The translations under genes and the position numbers were made by a program. Shown in pieces: positions 1-9,770 of a stretch of DNA of 64,000 bases. Under the pieces are notes generated by a model. That model had not been told where the DNA came from. It saw nothing but the letters and a program-made list of their open reading frames with translations, and ran no database searches. The number at the start of each line of letters is the position of its first letter. Positions within the stretch are counted from its first letter, which is position 1. This stretch comes from Candidatus Latescibacterota bacterium (GTDB lineage Bacteria; Latescibacterota; UBA2968; GCA-2709665), in the NCBI GenBank assembly GCA_965237675.1, contig OZ250150.1, positions 3,840,001 to 3,904,000 on the forward strand. Reading direction: 5' to 3'.

Positions 1-1152
1 AAAGGGAATCCCTTTTCGATGCGCGTATTTCAGTTGCCGGTCAAGTCGCTGACCGGGCTTCAGACCGAGTTCGACGGCCAGCCCCCGTGTTCTGGCCAAC
101 CGCGCAAATCCGGCGGCTCGGTCGGCCAGATCTTCGGAAAAAACCGTCACCAGCAGATCGGCGACGGGAGCGGTTACGCCGGAAAGCAAATCCGATTCCT
201 TCAGCAGCTCGGTAATCGCCATGTCGCCAACCGCAAAGCCAACGCCTGGTACCGGTCGTTTTCCACCCACCTGAAGGGTCAGATTGTCGTATCGCCCGCC
301 GCCAAAAAGGGCGCGCCTGAGCAAATCTTTCGCCCAGGCTTCAAAAACGATGCCGGTATAATAGTCGAACCCGCGCACGATTTTCAGGTCGGGTTCCACG
401 TATTCGGATACGCCATTTTTTTCGAGCAGCCCGATGACCCGTTCGAGCCGTGGCGAGAATCCGGGGTCTTTGCTTTCCAGTGTCTTTACAAGTCCGTCGA
501 TTTGTCCTGAACTCAGGCCGAGGTTTTCCAGGCCGGCGCTGAGTTTGGGGAAGGGCATCTTGTCGATCCGGTCGACGATGGCGAACACCGGCGGAATCTG
601 CACGGAGGAAAGGCCCAGGAAGTGAACGAGGTGCCTTTCGAGGCCCTGCCGATCGTTGAGCCTGACCGTCACCTGATCGGGAGACAGACCAACGACCTTG
701 AAGAGTTCACAGGCGATCGTTATAATTTCGGCGTCGGCATAGACGGTATCGCTTCCCAGCAGATCGATGTTCCATTGAAAGAAAGCCCGTCCCCGTCCCC
801 GCTGCGGGCGTTCGTACCGATAGAAACGTCCGTAGGACTGCCAACGCAAAGGAAAAACAAGCCGATGTTCCTGTTGGGCCACCATGCGGGCAAGGGTTGG
901 CGTCAGCTCGGGACGAAGAACCAGGAGTTTCTCGCCGCGGCCGGACAATGAAAACGTCTGCCGGCCCACGATTTCTTCGCTGGTCTTACCAAGGTAAAGA
1001 TCCATGTATTCCAAAATTGGACCTTCGTATTCCTGGTAGCCGAAGCCGGCGCCGAGCGCAATGCACCGCTCAGCGAGCCATTTCTGATGGGCCCATTCTT
1101 CCGGGTAGAAATCCCGGACCCCTTTGACGCGAGGGATGAGTTCAGCCGACAT
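1..1152 (-). CDS. hisS: Histidine--tRNA ligase (3' end runs off the window; absent from the ORF track)
   Basis: Manual translation from ATG at 1152: MSAELIPRVKGVRDFYPEEW...LRPELTPTLARM...FYRYERPQRGRGRAFFQWNIDLLG. It ends at the window edge in LDRQLKYAHRKGIPF (anticodon-binding domain). Confidence 0.95.
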   Translation of the reverse strand, partial: MSAELIPRVKGVRDFYPEEWAHQKWLAERCIALGAGFGYQEYEGPILEYMDLYLGKTSEEIVGRQTFSLSGRGEKLLVLRPELTPTLARMVAQQEHRLVFPLRWQSYGRFYRYERPQRGRGRAFFQWNIDLLGSDTVYADAEIITIACELFKVVGLSPDQVTVRLNDRQGLERHLVHFLGLSSVQIPPVFAIVDRIDKMPFPKLSAGLENLGLSSGQIDGLVKTLESKDPGFSPRLERVIGLLEKNGVSEYVEPDLKIVRGFDYYTGIVFEAWAKDLLRRALFGGGRYDNLTLQVGGKRPVPGVGFAVGDMAITELLKESDLLSGVTAPVADLLVTVFSEDLADRAAGFARLARTRGLAVELGLKPGQRLDRQLKYAHRKGIPF

Positions 1153-1237
1153 GGTTTCCCGAATTCTGTTCGATAAGCCCTTGATTTTCAGCCAAATCGA
1201 TAAAGGTATACACAAGCGGACTCGATGTCAAGATATA

Positions 1238-2407
1238 TCAGGTTTCCGGTCGAAAAGCCGCCCTGAGATGCCGAGACTGAGGCGAATTGCCCGTAAACTG
1301 AACGGTGACTACGTCGAAACGCGGAGCCAGATCGGGGGAAGCGTGGCGTTGGAGAAACGCCCGGGCGACCCTGATGATTTGACGTTGTTTTTCGAGAGTC
1401 ACACGGGTTTCGGGGGGGACGATGCCCTGGACGGCAGCGGTCTTTACCTCGACAAACGCAAGAATACGATCTTTGGATGCGATCAGATCGATTTCTCCCC
1501 CCGCCGCCCGATAGTTTCGGCGGAGGATCCGGTAGCCCGTTCTTGAGAGCATCGCGGCAGCCACGTTCTCGCCCCGTCGGCCCGCCCGGGAAAGACGGGT
1601 CTGGAAATTCTCGACAGGCCTGTGACGATCATGCTCGGCCGACGACACCCCTTTAAAGGAACGGCGGTGGATCCGGCAGGGGCCATAAACTCGGAGGGCC
1701 CGCCTGTGTTTTGCGCTGCCATATCCCTTGTGGTCTGCAAAGCCGTATTCCGGAAATTGGGTATGAAAGGCAGACATTTTGCGGTCTCTCGTCACTTTGG
1801 CCAGGACGGATGCGGCCGCAATGGAGAGCGAGGCCGCGTCTCCGTCGATCACGGCGGTTTCGGGAAAGGGGCTTCCGGGAACGCCGGGGCCGTCCACCAG
1901 GATGCGGTCGGGTGTGAGCCCAAGCCGTTTGATGGCGCGTCGCATCGCGAGATAGGTGGCCTGCAGGATATTCAGGCGGTCGATTTCCTGCGCCGAGGCT
2001 TCGCCGATACCGTGTGCGACGGCGGTTTCTTTGATCCGGACGTAGAGGCTCGCCCGCTTTCGAGGGGAGAGTACCTTGGAGTCGTTTAGCCCCGGGATCA
2101 GGATTTCCCGCGGAAAAATAACCGCTGCGGCCACGACCGGACCGGCCAATGGCCCTCTCCCGGCTTCGTCGACGCCGGCGATGTGGCATAGGCCCCGGGC
2201 ATGCAACTGACGTTCCAGAATCCGCATTTTTTCGAGGCGCGCGCTTTCGGCAGCCATGGATTTTCGGCGCCGACGCGCCTTGACAGCCAGACTGCGCACA
2301 CCGACGCGAGGGTCGGCATCCAGGATATCCAGCAGGGCCACGTCGATATCGTCCCGGCGAAGGAGGAGATCGCGAACCTCGGATATGGTGAGATCGGACA
2401 GGTTCAT
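1238..2407 (-). CDS. rnhB: Ribonuclease HII fused to a C-terminal YraN/UPF0102 PD-(D/E)XK nuclease domain
   Basis: RNase HII motifs GVDEAGRGPLAGPV, LNDSK, SIAAASVLAKVTRD, HKGYGS, HRRSF, followed in frame by YraN motifs GRRGE..A, RNYR...GEIDLIA, FVEVK, RFDVV. Start placed at ATG 2407 (MNLSDL). Confidence 0.92.
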   Translation of the reverse strand: MNLSDLTISEVRDLLLRRDDIDVALLDILDADPRVGVRSLAVKARRRRKSMAAESARLEKMRILERQLHARGLCHIAGVDEAGRGPLAGPVVAAAVIFPREILIPGLNDSKVLSPRKRASLYVRIKETAVAHGIGEASAQEIDRLNILQATYLAMRRAIKRLGLTPDRILVDGPGVPGSPFPETAVIDGDAASLSIAAASVLAKVTRDRKMSAFHTQFPEYGFADHKGYGSAKHRRALRVYGPCRIHRRSFKGVSSAEHDRHRPVENFQTRLSRAGRRGENVAAAMLSRTGYRILRRNYRAAGGEIDLIASKDRILAFVEVKTAAVQGIVPPETRVTLEKQRQIIRVARAFLQRHASPDLAPRFDVVTVQFTGNSPQSRHLRAAFRPET

Positions 2408-2715
2408 GTGAAAAAGGATCTGGCCAGTGGCCGGGAGTTTTCGAAGCCGTGGCGAGTGGTACTCTGTTTGGAACGAACCCGATGTGTCAAAAGCCCCTTG
2501 CGCGCACTCTACATTATGGTCGAATGCCAGTGGACATGCAAGAAAAAGCGATCTCGCCGTCGGCAACGAGGCAAAGAATCCGGAGGCGCGCGCGAATCCT
2601 GCAAGAACGACCGGGGCAGACGGGGTGGATTCCGCGGTGGTGCGGCACTCGCCGCGCCCATCGTTGGCAGAGGTAAATCCGCAAATGGGACAGGACAGCC
2701 TGCCCCTGCCGGAAG

Positions 2716-2744
2716 TTGAATTCCGGAAGGGATATTTATATATT
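2716..2744 (+). promoter_or_regulatory. Putative sigma70 promoter for the ABC exporter pair
   Basis: TTGAAT-N17-TATATT in an AT-rich patch about 130 nt upstream of 2876. Confidence 0.5.
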
Positions 2745-2875
2745 CAAACGGATATCAACGCCCGATGGCGGGAAACCCGGTCCTCGCGACAAGGGTCCGC
2801 GCTTCGCATCGTGGCGCGTACACGCCCTCATCCACGGAATTCTACGGGGCGCCATGGCGATCGTTGGGGGAGACG

Positions 2876-4645
2876 ATGGCGGAACCGCGTTCGAAAATCG
2901 AGAATTTCCGAAAGTTGCTGCAATTCCTCCGGCCGTATGCCGCGAGGTTGGCCGGCGCATTGGGTTTGACTGTGTTGTTGGCGGTCTTGGGAATGGCGCC
3001 GCCACTGATCGTCATGTATATCGTTGACGAGGTGATCGTGGCGGGCCGCTGGGAGATGCTGGAGATCACCGCGGCGTTGCTGGTCGCCGTTCCGGTACTC
3101 GCGGCGGGTTTGCGCGTGGCAAATGCATTTGCACTCTCGTACGCCTCTCACCGGTTGATCATGAACGTGCGATTGACAATGTACAAACATGTGTTCCGGC
3201 TATCCATGAGGTTTCATGACGAGATGGGCACGGGCAAAGTGATGTCCCGGATGATGGGGGATGTGGCGACGGTGCGTCAGATGGTTTCGATGCAGATGCT
3301 GCGCATTGTGACGGATTTGATAACGATCGTTGCGGCGCTGGGTATCTGCTACGGGCTGAACTGGAAACTGGCGATGCTGATGATAATTGTGATGCCGCTG
3401 TACGTTGTCAACTACAGGATCTTCATAGGACCGATACGCACTTCCAGACGCCGGTGGCGGCAAAAGATGGACGATGTGTCGGTCGGGCTGCAGGAGCGGT
3501 TGAGCGGCGCGCGGTTGGTGAAGGCCTACGGAAGGGAGAGACGAGAGAACAGGGCGTTTGCGGAGGAAACCCGTGCGGGCCTGGAATTCGCGATGCAGTC
3601 TGAAACGCATCGCGCATCAGCACAGTCCGGCTTCTGGGTGGTATCGGGAATCCGCAACACGCTGATTTTCTGTCTGGGCTGCTATTTCGTTATTCAAGGG
3701 GAAATGACTTACGGCGGCGTAATGGCCTTTCTGGCTTACGCGATGCGGGTTTTTCAGCCGGTTTTGAACCTGCTGAATGTGGGCATTCAACTTGAAGATA
3801 TGATGGTATCCGTGGATCGCATCTATGAAATCCTGGACCATCCCGTTGAAATCCGGGACGCACCGGACGCCGTGGAACTTCCCAGGGTTCAGGGTCATAT
3901 CGTTTTTGACAACGTGGGATTCGAGTATAAAGCGGGAGAACCCGTATTGAAAAATATCTGCCTGGACGTTCAACCGGGACAGATGGTTGCGCTGGTCGGC
4001 CACACGGGCTGTGGAAAAACGACGTTGACCAGCCTGCTGATGCGATACTATGACGTGACGGAAGGCGCGATACGCGTTGATGGACACGATATCCGGGAGG
4101 TGAGGATCAGATCCCTCCGGAAGCAGGTGGGACAGGTGCTGCAGGACTCGGTGCTTTTTGACATGACGCTTCGGGAGAACCTTTGTTACGGCAAAACGGA
4201 TGCGCCCGACCGGGACGTAATCGACGCGGCGCGTGTAGGTGAGATTCACGAGTTTATAATGCGAACGCGGGATGGATACGATACCCGGGTTGGAGATGAC
4301 GGCATCAAGCTTTCGGTGGGCGAGAAACAGAGGCTTTCCATCGCGCGGGCGGTGCTCACCCATCCCGCGATCCTGATTCTGGATGAGGCGACTTCGTCAC
4401 TGGATTCGCTTTCCGAAGCCCTGATTCAGAGGGCGATGGCCAACGTCTTGAAGGATCGTACGTCTTTCGTCATTGCTCACCGGCTGTCTACCGTTGTGAC
4501 AGCCGATCTGATCGTCGTTATGGACCATGGCGAGATCGTTGAGCGGGGCACACACGACGTGTTGATGCAGATACCGAATGGAAAGTACCGGCGTCTCGTC
4601 GAGCAGCAATTTGCACAAAGTGAGTCGGGAGACATCGAAAATTGA
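2876..4645 (+). CDS. ABC exporter half-transporter (TMD+NBD), subunit 1
   Basis: Hydrophobic N-terminal half; Walker A GHTGCGKT, signature LSVGEKQR, Walker B ILILDEATS, H-loop AHR. GGGGAG precedes ATG 2876. Confidence 0.93.
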   Translation: MAEPRSKIENFRKLLQFLRPYAARLAGALGLTVLLAVLGMAPPLIVMYIVDEVIVAGRWEMLEITAALLVAVPVLAAGLRVANAFALSYASHRLIMNVRLTMYKHVFRLSMRFHDEMGTGKVMSRMMGDVATVRQMVSMQMLRIVTDLITIVAALGICYGLNWKLAMLMIIVMPLYVVNYRIFIGPIRTSRRRWRQKMDDVSVGLQERLSGARLVKAYGRERRENRAFAEETRAGLEFAMQSETHRASAQSGFWVVSGIRNTLIFCLGCYFVIQGEMTYGGVMAFLAYAMRVFQPVLNLLNVGIQLEDMMVSVDRIYEILDHPVEIRDAPDAVELPRVQGHIVFDNVGFEYKAGEPVLKNICLDVQPGQMVALVGHTGCGKTTLTSLLMRYYDVTEGAIRVDGHDIREVRIRSLRKQVGQVLQDSVLFDMTLRENLCYGKTDAPDRDVIDAARVGEIHEFIMRTRDGYDTRVGDDGIKLSVGEKQRLSIARAVLTHPAILILDEATSSLDSLSEALIQRAMANVLKDRTSFVIAHRLSTVVTADLIVVMDHGEIVERGTHDVLMQIPNGKYRRLVEQQFAQSESGDIEN

Positions 4646-4681
4646 GGCGTGCCTGCACGCCGGACTTGATTGGAACACACT

Positions 4682-6589
4682 ATGAAGACGTATCTCAAAC
4701 GATTCGTAAAGATCTATATCCGGCCATTCCGGCTCCGGGTTGCTCTGGTGATGTGCCTGGCGGGTATCACGGGGTCCTATTTTTATATTCTGGGTTACAT
4801 CACCAAGACAGCGGTGGATGATGTGCTTCAGATCCGGCCCGAGACGATCCTTGAATCCGATGCCGGCCCCACGGACCGGGCACCAGTACGACCCCTTGCT
4901 GAGAAAATGGATCAGAAAATCGGACGGGACCCGCAGCGGGTCTTGCCGCATGACTGGGACACGGATCGTCCAAAGCCGACCAAAACCCGGTCGGAGAAAA
5001 TCAAATGGCTCTGGATCGTATTTGGCTTTTATCTGACGGTGCGCCTTTTGTTTGCGGGGCTGAACTGGTTTTTCAATTACAATATCGCATTTGTGGGCAA
5101 TCGAATTGTGTTTCGGGTACGGCTGGATTTGCACCAGAAGGTGCAGAAATTGCAGATGTCGTTTTTCGACCGGAAACAGATCGGTAAGCTCATGTCGCGC
5201 ATTCTGGACGATGTACAACTGCTGCAAAGCGAAGTGACCACGACATTTGTGGATACGATCGGCCACGTGGCCAAAATCCTGGTTGGCATCGTGGTTCTGC
5301 TGCTGATTAACGTGAAACTCGCCGCCTTTGCACTCCTGGCGCTCCCGCTTTACGTGCTTACTTACAGGATGTTGCAGCGCCCGATCACAGAGACGTTCGC
5401 CCGGATGCGTGAAGCCTACGCCGACACATACGGTATACTGGAAGAACGAGTTCGGGGCATTCGGGTGGTGTACTCGTTTACGAATGAACGCAGGGAACGA
5501 AAGTTGTTCTTCAGACGGTTGGCATCCATTTTCAGGCTTTCCGTGAAAAATTCGATGCTGACCGCCAGCCTGCACGCCACCTGCGCGGCTATCAGTGCCG
5601 TAGCCGGTGCGTTGATCCTCTATTGGGGTGCGCTGATGGTTCGGGGCGGAATTATGACGGTGGGGGAGTTGATTTATTTCAATATGTCGCTATCCAATTT
5701 ATTTATGCCGCTGGTGGGGCTCACCAACGTCAATGTGGTCATCAGGCAGATGGCCGTCGTTATTTCGCGAGTGTTCGAGGTGCTGGATGAGGATGTATTG
5801 ATTGAAGACCGGCCGGAAGCGATCATGTTGAAACGTGTGCGAGGACGAGTGGTATTTCGGAACGTCTGGTTCAAATACAATGCCCTTGCGGATGCCGTAA
5901 TAAAGGACCTGACTTTCTCAGTCAGGCCCGGCATGTCTGTGGCGGTTGTGGGGCCTTCCGGGGCGGGCAAAAGCACGCTTTTGAGCCTGCTGCTTAGGCT
6001 CTATGAACCGACGCATGGGAGTATTCTGCTGGACGACTACGATCTTCGCGACCTCCGCCTTTCGTGCATCCGTCGGTACATCAGTATGGTGCCGCAGGAA
6101 CCCGTGCTGTTTTCCGGGACGATTTCACAGAATATCGTCTATGGCAGGGATGGCGCAACACCGGATCAGATTATGGAGGCCGCCAGGCGGGCTGAGTTGC
6201 ACGATTTTATTATCGGCCTGCCGGAGAAATACGAAGCCAGAGTCGAGGAGGGCGGCAGCAATCTGTCAGGAGGCCAAAAGCAGCGCCTGGCGCTGGCCAT
6301 GGCGATCCTGACCGACCCTGCCATCCTGATCCTGGATGATACGACATCGGCGCTGGATGCCGGCACCGAGGCCCGTATCCAGAAGACCCTGGATCGCGTA
6401 ATGGACGGACGAACGACGTTTGTAATCACCCATCGGATTTCAACGGCCATCCGTGCGGACCGGATTCTGGTACTGGACAATGGACGGATGGCGGGGTGGG
6501 GGACCCACGAGGCATTGCTGTCTCAGGGAGGGGTATACGGTCAACTCCACGACGAGCAGCAGCTGTTGTCGGCGGAGCCGTCCGGCTAA
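4682..6589 (+). CDS. ABC exporter half-transporter (TMD+NBD), subunit 2
   Basis: Walker A GPSGAGKS, signature LSGGQKQR, Walker B ILILDDTTS, H-loop THR; TM helices in the N-terminal half. Confidence 0.93.
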   Translation: MKTYLKRFVKIYIRPFRLRVALVMCLAGITGSYFYILGYITKTAVDDVLQIRPETILESDAGPTDRAPVRPLAEKMDQKIGRDPQRVLPHDWDTDRPKPTKTRSEKIKWLWIVFGFYLTVRLLFAGLNWFFNYNIAFVGNRIVFRVRLDLHQKVQKLQMSFFDRKQIGKLMSRILDDVQLLQSEVTTTFVDTIGHVAKILVGIVVLLLINVKLAAFALLALPLYVLTYRMLQRPITETFARMREAYADTYGILEERVRGIRVVYSFTNERRERKLFFRRLASIFRLSVKNSMLTASLHATCAAISAVAGALILYWGALMVRGGIMTVGELIYFNMSLSNLFMPLVGLTNVNVVIRQMAVVISRVFEVLDEDVLIEDRPEAIMLKRVRGRVVFRNVWFKYNALADAVIKDLTFSVRPGMSVAVVGPSGAGKSTLLSLLLRLYEPTHGSILLDDYDLRDLRLSCIRRYISMVPQEPVLFSGTISQNIVYGRDGATPDQIMEAARRAELHDFIIGLPEKYEARVEEGGSNLSGGQKQRLALAMAILTDPAILILDDTTSALDAGTEARIQKTLDRVMDGRTTFVITHRISTAIRADRILVLDNGRMAGWGTHEALLSQGGVYGQLHDEQQLLSAEPSG

Positions 6590-6703
6590 GGAGGTCGCAG
6601 CATCGCCGGGAGCGTATCGATGCGACGATGAAAACGACGCGTTGGTTGGAGGGGTCAGGCGAGATCGCCCATGATGCTCATTCGCCTTGAACAGGAGCCA
6701 TCT

Positions 6704-7477
6704 TCATTCGTTTACGGGCTCCAGTTGATTGAGCAGGGTTTCGTCTTCGCCGCTGTATTTCTTGATGCAAAGGTCGCAATCCGGACAGGGACGGTTGTAG
6801 CAATTCTTGTGCACCCGGATCGGGTACTGAAGCTGAAACGCTTCACTGCAGTGTTTGGAACAGAATACGTAACGGTCCTGGTAGCTCCCGAATGCGGCGT
6901 AGACGACGGTGACTTCCTCATCGGCCAGCATCAGGTTTTTTTCACACCAGCTGCAGATGCCTGCCTGCTCCCTTGCCCGGGCGGTACGCTTTTTTTTGAT
7001 TTCTTCTTCGGACCACACGTATTCAATGTGCTGGACGTTATCTTTGGAGACTTTGGCGCGCACCACTCCGTCCGTAATGCCCAGAATATAGCCGCCCTGA
7101 GAGTCGAAAGTGGTACCGCATTCGATATTGTGTCCGGTCTTGAGGTGAATGATGGACTTGCCTTCTTCCGGCGATATGAACGAAAACCAGCCGCAACTTG
7201 CGCAGACACTGGTGAAGAGAAACTGCCGCGTCTTATGGCCGCAGGAAGGACAACGCCCTTCCTCCATCATACGGATGTCCTGCAACGTGGTTCTGGCGGC
7301 CTTCTTGACGGCAACGTTGATTTCCTCCATGGTTTCGTCGAGGTCGTCGCGGCCCTCCTCGGCAAGAAGATTCATGGCTTCTTCGGCTTCTTCAGCCTGT
7401 CCTTCGATTACGATCTGTTTCTCACGACTCGAAGTCGGATTTTCTTCCTCGTCACGTTTAAAAATGCCCTTCAACAT
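6704..7477 (-). CDS. Hypothetical Cys-rich multi-zinc-finger protein
   Basis: 257-aa ORF with protein-like composition and motifs CPSC/CASC, CSWC...FCSKHC, CYNRPCPDCDLC; has its own promoter. Confidence 0.8.
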   Translation of the reverse strand: MLKGIFKRDEEENPTSSREKQIVIEGQAEEAEEAMNLLAEEGRDDLDETMEEINVAVKKAARTTLQDIRMMEEGRCPSCGHKTRQFLFTSVCASCGWFSFISPEEGKSIIHLKTGHNIECGTTFDSQGGYILGITDGVVRAKVSKDNVQHIEYVWSEEEIKKKRTARAREQAGICSWCEKNLMLADEEVTVVYAAFGSYQDRYVFCSKHCSEAFQLQYPIRVHKNCYNRPCPDCDLCIKKYSGEDETLLNQLEPVNE

Positions 7478-7645
7478 AAGGCCGCACCCCGGATTTAGGC
7501 CAACACGAACACGGTGTTGTCGAAGTTGGGTTCGCTGGCGGTCTGGCGGACTTCAAATCACGCCAACGCCGGCACAGGGTTATTCGATCGTCTTTCTGGT
7601 TTGGTCTTTAAAAAGAAAATTAGAGTACGCTGACGCAGTTTATCG

Positions 7646-7674
7646 AATATAACGATGCTATGCCAATAAGTCAA
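7646..7674 (-). promoter_or_regulatory. Putative sigma70 promoter for the Cys-rich protein
   Basis: Minus strand TTGACT-N17-TATATT. Confidence 0.6.
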
Positions 7675-7706
7675 TCTCCGGGGCGGGAACACGTCAACTT
7701 GCCATT

Positions 7707-8477
7707 TCACAGGCGCCGCAGGTGAAAACCGCCGTCGACAGGGATCACCGCCCCCGTTGTGAAGTCGAAATAACCCAGGGCGACAGCAGCTACCGCTTTC
7801 CCGACGTCTTCAGGCAACCCCCAGCGTCGGATAGGCGTAAGGCCCTCGGCAATCCGCCGGTCATATTTTTCTCTGACGGGTCGGGTCATATCCGTCTTGA
7901 TGATGCCGGGCTGAATCTCGTTGACGGTGATCCCGTACTCTGCCAACCGGTCCGCAAAGAGCGCTGTCATCATGCTGAGGCCTGCCTTGGAGACACAGTA
8001 CTCGCCTCTGGATGTGGAGCTTGCGAAGGCCGAGACCGACGTGATATTCACAATTCTAGCCTTCGTCACAATCTCGTGCCTGGTGAGTTGGATCATGCGG
8101 TTGGCTGCCAGTTGGGTCAGGAAGTAGGGGCCTCTGAGGTTCGTATTCAGAACTTCGTCGTAATTCTCTAGGGTGGCTTCAAGAATATCCGCTCGGGTCC
8201 GTGGGGCGATTCCGGCGTTATTTACCAGCAGGTCGAGACGGCCGAACGCATCCATGGTGAATTCGATCAGGCGCCGGCAATCCTCGGGGACTGCGATAGA
8301 CGCCCTGCAGATGCGGGGCTGCCGATTTCGTTTGCGGATCTCGTCAGCCGTCTGTTCGGCGGCGTCTCGGTTCTTTGCGTAGTTGACAACGATGTCATAG
8401 CCGACGTCGGCCAGACAACAGGCAATGGCTCGGCCAATGCCCCGGCTTGAGCCCGTAACGAGTGCGACTGGGGCCAT
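7707..8477 (-). CDS. SDR family oxidoreductase (3-ketoacyl-ACP reductase-like)
   Basis: VTGSSRGIG, NNAG, YCVSK catalytic YxxxK, VDGG; start at MAPVALV. Confidence 0.92.
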   Translation of the reverse strand: MAPVALVTGSSRGIGRAIACCLADVGYDIVVNYAKNRDAAEQTADEIRKRNRQPRICRASIAVPEDCRRLIEFTMDAFGRLDLLVNNAGIAPRTRADILEATLENYDEVLNTNLRGPYFLTQLAANRMIQLTRHEIVTKARIVNITSVSAFASSTSRGEYCVSKAGLSMMTALFADRLAEYGITVNEIQPGIIKTDMTRPVREKYDRRIAEGLTPIRRWGLPEDVGKAVAAVALGYFDFTTGAVIPVDGGFHLRRL

Positions 8478-8875
8478 GGTTGTTTCCCGCTTGTTGTTGG
8501 GGGAGTCCTGCGACGGGTTTGGACAAAGCAACGTTGCCCGCGGATTCCACCGTGAAGATTGTTCTTGCGTGGTCATTGCCTCGAATCCCGGCGGCTCAAG
8601 GGCATCTGCTCATACATGGAGCCGATCGAAATTCCGTGAAATACGCCTTAAAGATATGAATTCCTTCGCTGGGGTGTCGGATTTTTTGGGATCTTGGCAT
8701 TCAATGGGATAACCGGTTCCAGCCGTATGCCAGTCGTGAACGCAGCCGGCATGTCTCGTACGATAAGGTCTGCATTACCGGCTTATTTTCCCGAGGGGGC
8801 GACGAACTGTCGTAACTTTCCGTTTGCAGGTTCGAAGAAAGCGCGAACCGCGAATATTGCTAAAGGAGGCAGGCT

Positions 8876-9646
8876 TTGGAAAATATCAAATCGGGACGGG
8901 TCGCGGGTAAGGTGGCCATTGTAACCGGAGCATCATCCGGTATTGGCGAAGGTACGGCGATTCTACTCGCCTCGGAGGGCGCCCGTGTCACGGTGGTGGA
9001 TGTAGACGTGGAGGGCGGTCAGCGGACCGTGGACAGGATTGCAACAAGCGGCGGAGAGGCGGTTTTTGTCGAAGCCGATGTGAGCGAGGCCGGGCAGGTC
9101 CGGCGAATGGTGGCGCAAACGGAACAAGCCTTCGGCAGGCTGGATATTCTGCACAACAACGCGATCTGGTACGGCAACGCACCGGCCACCGAGTTGGAGG
9201 AATCCGTGTGGGACAGGACGTTAAACACGGGGCTGAAAGCGATCTACCTGGCTGCCAAGTACGCCATTCCGGTCATGTTGGAAACGGGTGGCGGGGCGAT
9301 TGTAAACACCGGTTCGGTGCACTCCCTTGTGGGTTTTGAGACCCATACGGCCTACGATGCGGCCAAAGCCGGTGTGCTGGGCATCACGCGGGTCCTGGCG
9401 CTGGATTACGGGCCGGAGGTCCGCGTGAATGCGGTGCTTCCAGGTGCGATTCTGACACCGCTTTGGGACCGGATGGAGGTCACTCGGGACGAACGACGTC
9501 GGCTTGCGGAGATGGTGCCGGCAAGACGGTTGGGCACCCCGGCGGACATCGCGTCCGCCGTCCTTTACCTGGCGTCGGACGAGGCGTCGTTTATAACCGG
9601 GACCTCGCTTGTCGTCGATGGGGGAATGTTGGCGCGTACGATGTAA
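8876..9646 (+). CDS. SDR family oxidoreductase
   Basis: VTGASSGIG, HNNA, YDAAK, VDGG; TTG start after AAGGAGG. Confidence 0.92.
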   Translation: MENIKSGRVAGKVAIVTGASSGIGEGTAILLASEGARVTVVDVDVEGGQRTVDRIATSGGEAVFVEADVSEAGQVRRMVAQTEQAFGRLDILHNNAIWYGNAPATELEESVWDRTLNTGLKAIYLAAKYAIPVMLETGGGAIVNTGSVHSLVGFETHTAYDAAKAGVLGITRVLALDYGPEVRVNAVLPGAILTPLWDRMEVTRDERRRLAEMVPARRLGTPADIASAVLYLASDEASFITGTSLVVDGGMLARTM

Positions 9647-9770
9647 GACAGCAGGCCAGATTGCGGGTGTCATTTCACGTTTCGGACCGCAGGACCCCGA
9701 ATTGGCGCACGGGAGGGCGAGCTGCAACTTGGATCCTGCGAACGCGCAAGTACGCATAGGCTGCTGCTCG

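Noticed and set aside
19-1127. Plus-strand ORFs in the track at the window start
   Set aside because: They are antisense shadows of hisS, which the track missed because it runs off the edge.
2660-2720. Possible cyclic-di-GMP-I riboswitch (GGTAAATCC...GGGAC)
   Set aside because: It lacks the GAAA-capped P2 and GCAAAGCC core; only a superficial resemblance.
2756-2866. Possibly structured leader of the ABC genes, including GCGGGAAAC shared with the tRNA-Gly 3' region (possible att site)
   Set aside because: The pairings are short for GC-rich DNA, the tRNA match is only 9 nt, and there is no integrase in the window.
4397-5575. Long antisense ORFs (also 31395-32666, 34511-35770, 39219-40274 and others)
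   Set aside because: They lie opposite well-supported genes, carry no motifs, and are expected from high-GC codon bias.
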